From the NCBI GenBank assembly GCA_950097015.1, contig CATNEN010000038.1:10168001-10232000 (forward strand): 64,000 nt of DNA. Direction: 5' to 3'. The DNA is from Macrostomum hystrix. Taxonomy: Eukaryota; Animalia; Platyhelminthes. The notes beneath the pieces are model-generated. The model searched no databases. It saw only the letters and a program-made list of their open reading frames with translations, and was not told where the DNA came from. The position numbers and the translations under genes are program-made. This document shows, in pieces, positions 25,049 through 34,765 of this stretch (within the stretch, counting starts at the first letter, position 1; every line of letters begins with the position of its first letter).

Positions 25049-25393
25049 ATGACTGGCACAGCCCCACTTCGAGTCCTGGTGCTCAGCTTCTGCCTGTTCC
25101 TGGTCTCCGCGCATCCGTCCAATCCATCATCGATGGAGCCGAGGCCGCAGCAGGCGCCGCGGCTTGACCGGGAGGAGCCGCCAGAGGAGGCAAGAACCTT
25201 CGACTCGGCCTCGGACCTGGGCGAATATCTGACCTACCTCAACCACTATTTCCACTCGGTGTCCCGGCCGAGATTCGGCCGCAAACGCAGCGGCGGCTCT
25301 GGCAGCGACTTCCGCTCCGCCGAGGAGGCCGCTCGCTACGTGTCGAATCTGCGGCGCTACCTGAACACAATGAGCCGGCCAAGGTTCGGATGA
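25049..25393 (+). CDS. npf: Neuropeptide F/Y precursor, single exon, encoding two NPF-type RPRF-amide peptides
   Basis: Signal peptide MTGTAPLRVLVLSFCLFLVSA. Peptide 1 ...FDSASDLGEYLTYLNHYFHSVSRPRF-G-RKR; peptide 2 SGGSGSDFRSAEEAARYVSNLRRYLNTMSRPRF-G-stop. Both have Tyr at positions 10 and 17 from the C-terminus, the NPY/NPF hallmark. Confidence 0.93.
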   Translation: MTGTAPLRVLVLSFCLFLVSAHPSNPSSMEPRPQQAPRLDREEPPEEARTFDSASDLGEYLTYLNHYFHSVSRPRFGRKRSGGSGSDFRSAEEAARYVSNLRRYLNTMSRPRFG

Positions 25394-25462
25394 CACGACC
25401 CAGGATGAAAACACGATGGTTACTTGACCATATGCGCCATTGTTTGTAGTCTACACCAAAGC

Positions 25463-25480
25463 AATAAAAAAGCCAATAAA
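25463..25480 (+). terminator. Tandem AATAAA polyadenylation signals of the npf gene
   Basis: Two AATAAA hexamers 70-85 bp after the stop codon. Confidence 0.6.
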
Positions 25481-25945
25481 AAAGCAAAGAAACATAGACT
25501 ATGAAATAAATTCCTTCGATTGCAAACTGGCCCCTTCAATGTTCAACGGAATGTTTCTAAGGTTTTATCCTGCTTAAAAAAAAACAAAGCAAATTATTTA
25601 TGCATGATAACTTGAAAGTGTGCTGAAATAGAAACTCAGATCGACGAAGCATAACAAAATTCAAATATAAAAGCGTCTCTCGTTGTATTTTTGGGCATGA
25701 AATTTTGGCGCTTCTCGACAACACGGGTGCCGTGAGAATCCTTAGATATTTTTTAGCGATTGAAGAAGCCGCGAAAGAGTCAACGTCACTGGTAAAAAAG
25801 TCTTTTAAAAATATAAAAACTGAGCTGTTCAAAAATCTGTTTTTTGCATCATCTGTACAAATGATGGAGAATACGTTTTTACGATTTTCTGCCTAATTTT
25901 AGTTAAAGTATTTTTCTAGAGTTTTAGAAAGTGTTTTATCTTAAA

Positions 25946-26262
25946 TTTGGTTGGTTGTTTGTTTGTTTGTTTGTTTGTTTGGTTGGTTGGTTGGTTGGTT
26001 GGTTGGTTGGTTGGTTGGTTGGTTGGTTGGTTGGTTGGTTTGTTGGTTGGTTGGTTGGTTGGTTGGTTGGTTGGTTGGTTGGTTGGTTGGTTGGTTGGTT
26101 GGTTGGTTGGTTGGTTGGTTGGTTGGTTGGTTGGTTGGTTGGTTGGTTGGTTGGTTGGTTGGTTGGTTGGTTGGTTGGTTGGTTGGTTGGTTGGTTGGTT
26201 GGTTGGTTGGTTGGTTGGTTGGTTGGTTGGTTGGTTGGTTGGTTGGTTGGTTGGTTGGTTGG
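25946..26262. repeat. (GGTT)n microsatellite preceded by (GTTT)n
   Basis: Directly visible. Confidence 0.98.
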
Positions 26263-27002
26263 AAAACTTCCGTTTGACCAACGTCTTGCGCATTTTATGA
26301 GTGCCTCTGCCTAAGTAAATTTCTAGGATATTCTAGGATTTATATCCTAGGGAATAAATAAATTTCCTGGGACTTCCTTAGACTTTTCTTGTCCCATTGA
26401 CTTTCCACGCGTACAGTTAGAGACCGAATTTCATTTTCTTTTTATCTACTTTGTCTGCGTTGCTCTCCGTTTCCTCATTAGTTGTTTTTCTTCCCCTTAA
26501 TCAGTCTCCGACTTATCAATCCATTATATAGGTTCCTGGATGCCTAAATTAAGCGCCTAGGTTCGTCAATAACCTAAATAATTCTCTTCATCATTTTTTC
26601 AGTATTTATGCCAGCTTAGTCTAAATGACATAAAATCCTGCCAATTTCTTTTTCATGCTGCAATAGCTCAAAGGTAACAGTTAATTTGGAAAATAGCAAT
26701 TCAATGCGTTAGGAAGTATGCTAGTTTATTTTATAAATAGCACTGGCTAACAGGCTGTTAGCGATTCGACATACTACTTAGCGATTTATTGCCGTTTCCA
26801 AAGACTTTATCATGAAATCCATGAACAAAGAAGCCAAAGTTCTATGGTCCGAAGGTTGAATGTACAGCCCCTAGCCAGCTGTGATATGAGCCGATTCTAT
26901 TTTTAGCACGCATTTAGCTAAAGCACCAAACTTTCATAAGAGCTTTATAAATGTAAGGATTAGACCCAAAACTGTGTTTGCCCTTTTAGTGCACTCGGTG
27001 CA

Positions 27003-30000
27003 ATGACACAGGTCAGCTGGCTGCTCGCCGCCCTGGCCCTGAGCCTCCTGCTGCTGCACACCCTGCAGCTACTGGTCTACAAATTTCTACGCTACAGGCA
27101 GATCCGGCGGCCGCAGAATTTCGAACAAATCATGAGCCTCCTGCGAGCCAGCACCTACGAACTGGAGACGGAGGCAGAGGGCCTGTGTCAGCTGGGCAGC
27201 GTTGAAAGCCGCAAAGACAACAGCAGGAGCTCGTCACAGCAGAGCTTTTTCCATGATGCAGAGATGCCAAATCGCAGCGAGCTCGACAGCCTGGTTGAGG
27301 CGCTGGGCGATTCTCCTTTCTTTAAAACGCTCGACTCGCAGCCGTTGACGGCGCTCGCCGAGGCGCTGCAGGCCGAAGGTCATCAACTAGCCAGTGGGCA
27401 GCACGTGCGCTGCGACTGCTTCTACCAGAGCGATGAGGGCATCCAACAGCTGTTTGTGCTGTCGGACCCGGAGACGCAGGTCAGGCTGAGTCTGCAGACA
27501 GACGGTGGCAGTGGCTTGGGCGCGGACTACTTCACCAAGGGCGGTCGGCTATTGTACAGTCCTAGCGGCCTCGCTTACGCGCTGCTCCCAGAGAGCCAGA
27601 AGCACCAGTGTTCGGCCTGGGCGTTCTCCTGCAGCATGCACGCCCGCATGAGCTTCTGGTCAATATCCTGTGCCAGCCTGGCGCAGTGCCTGGCGACTTG
27701 GCCGGATGCCAGGCGCAGGCTGCTACTGCAGTTCTGGTCGCATATCAACGACACCGTCCTGCTGGTGCTGGTGGACTGGCTGGGACTGGACGCTAGCATG
27801 TGAGTAATTTATGTCTTCTATAGCAGTATATAGTTAAGAGTAGAAAGGTCACAGAGGTATTTAAAATACCCACATTTTTCGTTTTTCTGAATCGCTCTAA
27901 ATATTAAACCAATCGCAATGTAAATCCAGAACACGGGCTAAATATTTCCGCTCTATCCAAGGAAAAAACTTCTAGAATCACAAAGCATCGGCATCGTCGA
28001 GATATTCAACGATTCTCGTCGAGTGTCAGGTGGCTGAAACCATAAATAAACCATTATTGAACCAAAATGGATTCGCCATTAGAGGTTTACATAAGCCTTG
28101 AAAGCCTCGCAGCCTCAGACCCGAACCGATCCTTCGACCTTTAAGAATCTTTTGTTTGCGATACCCTCAGGTTTCTGGAATCCAAAGTCTACGAGGACAT
28201 GCTGGCCCGGGAAACAGACAATCTAGTTGATGAAGTGTACGCAACTATGGGCGCGAAATTTTCTGCCATGTCATTCTACGAGCGGCGGCCGCTCTATCAG
28301 CGACTAAGCATTCGACTTTTGAAGGCGATCAGCGAGACGAACGAGGCAATCAACAGCGCAGAGAGTCAAGTTGTTATCAAATACTTCTCATCCTCGTCCA
28401 AAGAAATGGTCCTGGACGGCCAGCGCGCATTTCTGGTGCTTGAGGGCCGGCTGGAGATAATGCCAACGCAGAAAAGTTTTGGCGGCGGTGTCGGCAGCAT
28501 TAGCAGCAGCATTTTACCTGGCTGGGTCGGATTGGTGCCGTACTTTGCTCACAGCCGGCTGCCGTTTCAGGTGCGACCAGCAGCAGAAAATATCAATTCC
28601 GCAATGGATAGCGAAGATTGCGGAGCTGTTGTCGCCGAGTTTCCTGACGCTCTAATGGACAAACTGTTCAGGTTGGAGAAAAGCACAGGAAAGATAATCT
28701 TTTGTTTTTAATAATTTTGCTTTCGATACTACCGACGCTGCCACTTCTCTTGCTTTAAGATCGGAGAGCTCAACTGAAGCAGCCACTAATGCGGCCGCAG
28801 GCTTCCTGCTCCGACAGCTGACTCGTCAGGTATTCCTTTACGACCTGCTAATCAATCACAGACGACTACACCGCGGTGATTATCTTGTGCGCAGCCGCGA
28901 CCCGACGGACACCGTGGAGATCATTGTGAGCGGTCGGCTCCGGCACGTCAATCGCTCTGAGCTCGCTCGGGGCGACTGTGTCGGTCTGATTGAAGGCTTG
29001 ATTCATGACAGCCCAGTGGAAGCTCGCTGGGCTGGCGACATTCTGGCGACGCGCGAGTCGCGTGCCGTCTCAATGCCGCTGGCCCTGGCCCGGGCCTGGG
29101 TGTCCCCTACCCAACGTCTGAACATCCTGGACCGCCTGTTGGGCAGCCTGTGCGAGGTTCAACTAGACCAACAGCAACAGCAGCTGAAGCAACTTGAGGA
29201 TTGTCGAGTGAATCCACCACGTATTCGGCGCCACAGAAAATACACGGGCTGCGAAAGTGACATTGGCGACGATACCAGAAGTTATCACGAAGAAGAAGCG
29301 ACATCCGACAAGAACGGGACAGTCTGGCTCACCAGCAAACGCAGCACTCGGCAGTCTCGCCTGATTGGCTTAGAGATTGATCCGACTCGATTCAATCAGC
29401 AGGCCCTGATGCAGCACATTCAGCTCTGTCTGGAAGCGATGCACAAAACAGGCTCCGTACGCGTTGTGTCAGAGTCAGACGCCGAGCAGCACTTCGGCCT
29501 GCCGACCGAGCAGCTGCCAGAAGCGGCGCTGCGCAACTGGCTGGAGGACCAAGAGCTCACCAGCTCAGTCCTGGTGCTAATCAGCACCGGTCAAGTTAAC
29601 CGGTGGACGCGTCAGCTTCTTGGCTTCCTCGACTGTCTGATCATCTTTTGCGACGCTGACACTGAACAAGCCGAATCTAGCGGCGAGCTGCCCAGTCCAG
29701 CTGAGCAGTTGTACTCAAGTATGCACCGCAGTCGACTACACGTAGCAATTCTTCATCCGTTGACGCTTTGCCCAGTTCCGGAGGGCACGTCGCTGCGCTT
29801 TTTACGAAATCGGAGGTAAAAAATAGTTAGCAGCACAGGACCTTTTGCAGACACACCCCCACAGGTGTGTACATCTGCCCTGACTTACTTATCATCAGGT
29901 AGTGCACACTCTCAGTGTGTTTTGGGTGTTTGCCCCGATGCGCGCGAATTGACCGATAAGCACCAAGCCTTCTCACCGTGGCTGCGCTTCAAATTTATGT

Positions 30001-31232
30001 GTGGCTTCGCCTTGCATTTAACATGATGCCAATCTAAATCGTTAAATCGTTATTTTGATGCATCGAGAACTCTTTCACGAAAGCAAACCTACGCCACTAC
30101 TTAAAGTAGCATGTTTAAGCTTAAGCCGCTAAATTTTTCACGCAGGTTTTGGGCGCAGCGCCACTATCATGTGCGCTGCAGCACTGGACGCTACAAGCTG
30201 CGCGATGCTGCTACACAAATTGGTCAGCCGCCGGCTTCACACGATGCCTCCTACTCGGATTTGGCTCGCCTGATGCGCTGCGTCACGGGCGCTGGCGTCG
30301 GCCTGGCCTTTGGCAACGCGGCGCCATTCGGCCTAGCCAATCTCGGAGTACTGGAGGCTCTGTTAGCCGACGGTGTCGCCGTCGACATGATTGCCGGCAG
30401 CGGATTGGGCGCGCTGACCGCTGCCGCCTGGGCGCTGCACACCGGTGATTTGGGGGCCACCCGGGCCAGCCTGCAGCGTCACTGGGCGTGCATTAATTCG
30501 CGTTGGTCACGCCTACGCGATATCACCTTGCCGCTAGTGTCTATCTACACCGGTGCTAGTCTCAACGCTTCGCTGCGGAGCCTGTTTGGCAGCCGGCGTC
30601 AAGCTGAGGACCTCTGGCTGCCCTTCGTGGCCGTCAGCACCGACCTGGTGGCGGTCCAGGCTGTGACGCACACAACCGGTACTCTGTGGCGCTCCGTGCG
30701 AGCCAGCTGCGGCCAGGTTGGCGTCTATCCACCAGTGTGGGAACCGCGCACAGGTCGGCTGCTATTGGACGGTGCGCACACTGACCGCCTGCCCGCGTGC
30801 ACACTTCGGCGCTGCCTGAAGGCTCGCTGGGTTGTCGCCGCCGCTATGGAGAGCAAAATGCGCCTGCAACTCGGCACCTACCTGGTGTTCGGCGACTACG
30901 TGTCCGGCTTCACCGAGCTGGCGCGCTCTTTGAACCCGTTCAGGCTGACACCATTAGCGCCTAGCGGGGCCGAAATCCAGGCCGCTCTCGCCTATCTGGC
31001 GGCATCCGACGAAGTGCCAATTGGTGGAGCCAATGACGACGCAGGCAATCACGAAGCTGCAGCTGCCAGAGAGAGCTGGTGCATCACGGTGCGACCGGAT
31101 CCCAGCTTCTCGGATGCGAGCGCTGTTGAAGCCGAGCGCTGGCGCGGCTACTGGTCTGTGCGACGGCGTCTGCTGCGACTCGAAACCTTTGTCCGAGCGG
31201 CTCTTCGTGGTTGCGGCAATTTGTCAGCATGA
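27003..31232 (+). CDS. Neuropathy target esterase / swiss cheese (PNPLA6/7)-like protein with a degenerate patatin active site, 4 coding exons
   Basis: Exons 27003-27799, 28171-28671, 28760-29815 and 30146-31232, all phase 2 GT-AG. N-terminal TM; cNMP-binding-like blocks (FLVLEGRLE; LVRSRDPTDTVEIIVSGRLR..GDCVGLIE); LRNWLEDQE..NRWTRQ; SDLARLMRCVTG; patatin region EDLWLPFVAVSTD..GTLWRSVRAS..YPPV..LLLDGA. Confidence 0.88.
27870..28025 (+). repeat. Dispersed repeat family B (related copy at ~50370-50527; partial inverted copies at ~50715-50750 and ~61110-61130)
   Basis: Shared AACCAATCGC.ATG, TTTCCGCTCTATCC, AGAATCACAAA and ATCGTCGAGATATTCAA.GATTCTCGTCG. Confidence 0.75.
29860..30012 (+). repeat. 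Dispersed repeat family C (second copy at ~43585-43722)
   Basis: Shared ACAGG.GTGTACAT.TGCCCTGACTT, CACTCTCA.TGTG and CACCAAGCCTTCTC.CCG..GCTGCGC. Confidence 0.7.
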
Positions 31233-31967
31233 CATTGAGAAACTTGGTTGCCCGACAGGAGAAAGATGGTTGCGTGCGAATGTTTTTTGTTTTTTTTTAA
31301 TGAAGTTTAGATTTAATAAATGCTTCGCTTGATGTCAACCACGTCATCTACGTACAGCTTTAAAGAAATGAAAATCCGAAGGAGTGTACAATCTCTTATA
31401 AACATCGGTTTTGTTCTAATAAATCAAAAGTGTGCAACAGACGCATCAGCTGTAGATAACGATTCGCTGACTCCTGGGTGGCCCCCAAACAGCTCCGCCT
31501 TCCACCTTCGTCTGGGGCTCACCTGCGTTTAGTCACTGCTCAAGAATAAAATTTTGGCCAGAGAAAGACGGACAGTTTCAAGTGGGCCTTGCAGTCGGGT
31601 GGTAGCTGCGCCCCAGCTCAGGTACGCCCTCTGCGCAGAATTTTTTTCTTCATTGGCTCTGTTGCTATTCTAGGCTTCCCCAAATGCAGCTGTTGGTCGA
31701 AGAAGAAGTGTGACAATTCTGTGTAGACTGGACGGCATAGTTTAGCTGCTAATATTGCTGCTAGTCCAAACCCCCGGCCTCTTGAAGGTGTCAGTCACCT
31801 CAGGGTGGAGGGTGTGTGGTAGCAACCAATGCAAAGTCACGATTAATATACTGCTCCGCTTCCTATACCGTAAAAACGTTTGCTTCCAATTGTTGCAGAA
31901 GCGTAAGTCGATTGCATTTGTTTGATTGATTTTTCGATTTCTTGGTTCGATTAGGCTTGCTTCTTTA

Positions 31968-33915
31968 GTTGTGTCATCTGAGTATTCTTAGGTTGAGTCA
32001 TGTGAGAGTGCTTTGGTTGTGTCATGTGAGAGTGCTTTGGTTGAGTCATGTGAGAGTGCTTTGGTTGTGTCATGTGAGAGTGCTTTGGTTGTGTCATGTG
32101 AGTATTCTTAGGTTGAGTCATGTGAGAGTGCTTAAGTTGTGTCATATGAGTGTGCTTTGGTTGAGTCATGTGAGAGTGCTTAAGTTATGTCATATTAGTG
32201 TGCTTAGGTTGAGTCATGTGAGAGTGCTTTGGTTGAGTCATCTGAGTATTCTTAGGTTGAGTCATGTGAGTGTGCTTTGGTTGTGTCATCTGAGTATTCT
32301 TAGGTTGAGTCATGTGAGAGTGCTTTGGTTGAGTCATCTGAGTATTCTTAGGTTGAGTCATGTGAGTGTGCTTTGGTTGTGTCATCTGAGTATTCTTAGG
32401 TTGAGTCATGTGAGAGTGCTTTGGTTGAGTCATCTGAGTATTCTTAGGTTGAGTCATGTGAGAGTGCTTTGGTTGAGTCATGTGAGAGTGCTTTGGTTGT
32501 GTCATCTGAGTATTCTTAGGTTGAGTCATGTGAGAGTGCTTTGGTTGTGTCATCTGAGTATTCTTAGGTTGAGTCATGTGAGTGTGCTTTGGTTGTGTCA
32601 TCTGAGTATTCTTAGGTTGAGTCATGTGAGAGTGCTTTGGTTGTGTCATCTGAGTATTCTTAGGTTGAGTCATGTGAGAGTGCTTTGGTTGAGTCATCTG
32701 AGTATTCTTAGGTTGAGTCATGTGAGTGTGCTTTGGTTGTGTCATCTGAGTATTCTTAGGTTGAGTCATGTGAGTGTGCTTAGGTTGAGTCATGTGAGAG
32801 TGCTTTGGTTGTGTCATCTGAGTATTCTTAGGTTGAGTCATGTGAGAGTGCTTTGGTTGTGTCATCTGAGTATTCTTAGGTTGAGTCATGTGAGAGTGCT
32901 TTGGTTGTGTCAGCTGAGTATTCTTAGGTTGAGTCATGTGAGAGTGCTTTGGTTGTGTCATCTGAGTATTCTTAGGTTGAGTCATGTGAGAGTGCTTTGG
33001 TTGTGTCATCTGAGTATTCTTAGGTTGAGTCATGTGAGAGTGCTTTGGTTGTGTCATCTGAGTATTCTTAGGTTGAGTCATGTGAGTGTGCTTTGGTTGT
33101 GTCATGTGAGAGTGCTTTGGTTGTGTCATTTGAGAGTGCTTTGGTTGAGTCATGTGAGAGTGCTTTGGTTGAGTCATCTGAGTATTCTTAGGTTGAGTCA
33201 TGTGAGTGTGCTTTCGTTGTGTCATGTGAGAGTGCTTTGGTTGTGTCATGTGAGAGTGCTTAGGCTGTGTCATGTGAGAGTGCTTAGGCTGTGTCATGTG
33301 AGAGTGCTTTGGTTGTGTCATGTGAGAGTGCTTAGGCTGTGTCATGTGAGAGTGCTTAGGCTGTGTCATGTGAGAGTGCTTTGGTTGTGTCATGTGAGTG
33401 TGCTTAGGCTGTGTCATCTGAGTATTCTGAGGTTGTGTCATGTGAGAGTGCTTAGGCTGTGTCATGTGAGAGTGCTTAGGCTGTGTCATGTGAGAGTGCT
33501 TTGGTTGTGTCATGTGAGTGTGCTTTCGTTGTGTCATGTGAGAGTGCTTTGGTTGTGTCATGTGAGAGTGCTTAGGCTGTGTCATGTGAGAGTGCTTAGG
33601 CTGTGTCATGTGAGAGTGCTTAGGCTGTGTCATGTGAGAGTGCTTAGGCTGTGTCATGTGAGAGTGCTTTGGTTGTGTCATGTGAGAGTGCTTAGGCTGT
33701 GTCATGTGAGAGTGCTTAGGCTGTGTCATGTGAGAGTGCTTTGGTTGTGTCATGTGAGTGTGCTTAGGCTGTGTCATCTGAGTATTCTGAGGTTGTGTCA
33801 TGTGAGAGTGCTTAGGCTGTGTCATGTGAGAGTGCTTAGGCTGTGTCATGTGAGAGTGCTTTGGTTGTGTCATGTGAGTATTCTGAGTTTGAGTCATGTG
33901 AGTGTGCTTTGGTTG
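31968..33915. repeat. 24-bp minisatellite (GWGTCATGTGAGAGTGCTTTGGTT)n with alternating TCTGAGTATTCTTAGG variant
   Basis: Directly visible; lies between the converging 3' ends of the PNPLA-like and ROR genes. Confidence 0.97.
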
Positions 33916-34765
33916 TTTCAGAACTTTTGTCATTATATCTATAATTTATCTAAAGATATTTCATCGAAAGCAAATAGAATAACAACCGTCAATATATATC
34001 AGGAAGCAAACAGCCCTAAATAAACTGACTTTTCAGAGGCAAATCACTAATGAAAGAGAAATATATTTGTACAATTGATTAGCAGTTAAATTAGCAGCAG
34101 GACTCTGTGTAAGGTAGAAAAATGAGTTGCATGAATTCAAAAGTTATGTAAGCAGGGAAAAATTAGGCTTATCAAAACAGCTGTAAAGCACGAAATTGCT
34201 CCGCCACAATGTATAAACAGACCGAGTTAGACAGAAAACTTGTTGTATTTTTAAGCTAAATATGTACACAGTGGTGAAATATTAGGGAGGCACTTTTTAG
34301 GTAGATTTTGGTGCCCGCCAAAGAAGCCCAGAGTACTTTGTCGCGTCGTCACATCTTTCAAGTAATAGTACATTGGCCCTCATACGCGCTATCTCGCTAT
34401 GATCAATTCCATCGCCTGGCATTAAAATTTCGTCGCTTTTGTGTCATTTCTTACGTATTGCATGTGGCGTTTGCTATTGGAGTTCTTGCATAGGTTTTTG
34501 CCACCGAAGTGTTTTCGCAACTGAAGGCAACCGAAACATCGGAAGCCAGCAGGAGGGCATTTCTGTCAACAGAATTTCTAGCTATCGATTCTAATGACGA
34601 GCGATATTACTCTGAGGCGCGGGGGTTCCGGCAGACGTGTCCCTCACAGCAGGGAGTTCGCAGCACGAATTCGTCTACCAAGGCTTACCAGCGTATGGGG
34701 TACGAGTAGTGGGATAAAATGTCAACAGTTGCAAAGGCCGCCTGGTTTGATTGTCAAGCAGCAAT

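Noticed and set aside
25946-26262. Telomeric repeat or interstitial telomere
   Set aside because: The unit is GGTT, not TTAGGG; this is an ordinary tetranucleotide microsatellite.
31951-34023. MTQPKHSH-repeat and LSHVRVLW-repeat ORFs
   Set aside because: A 24-bp satellite open on both strands, with no signal peptide, unique domain or convincing gene structure.
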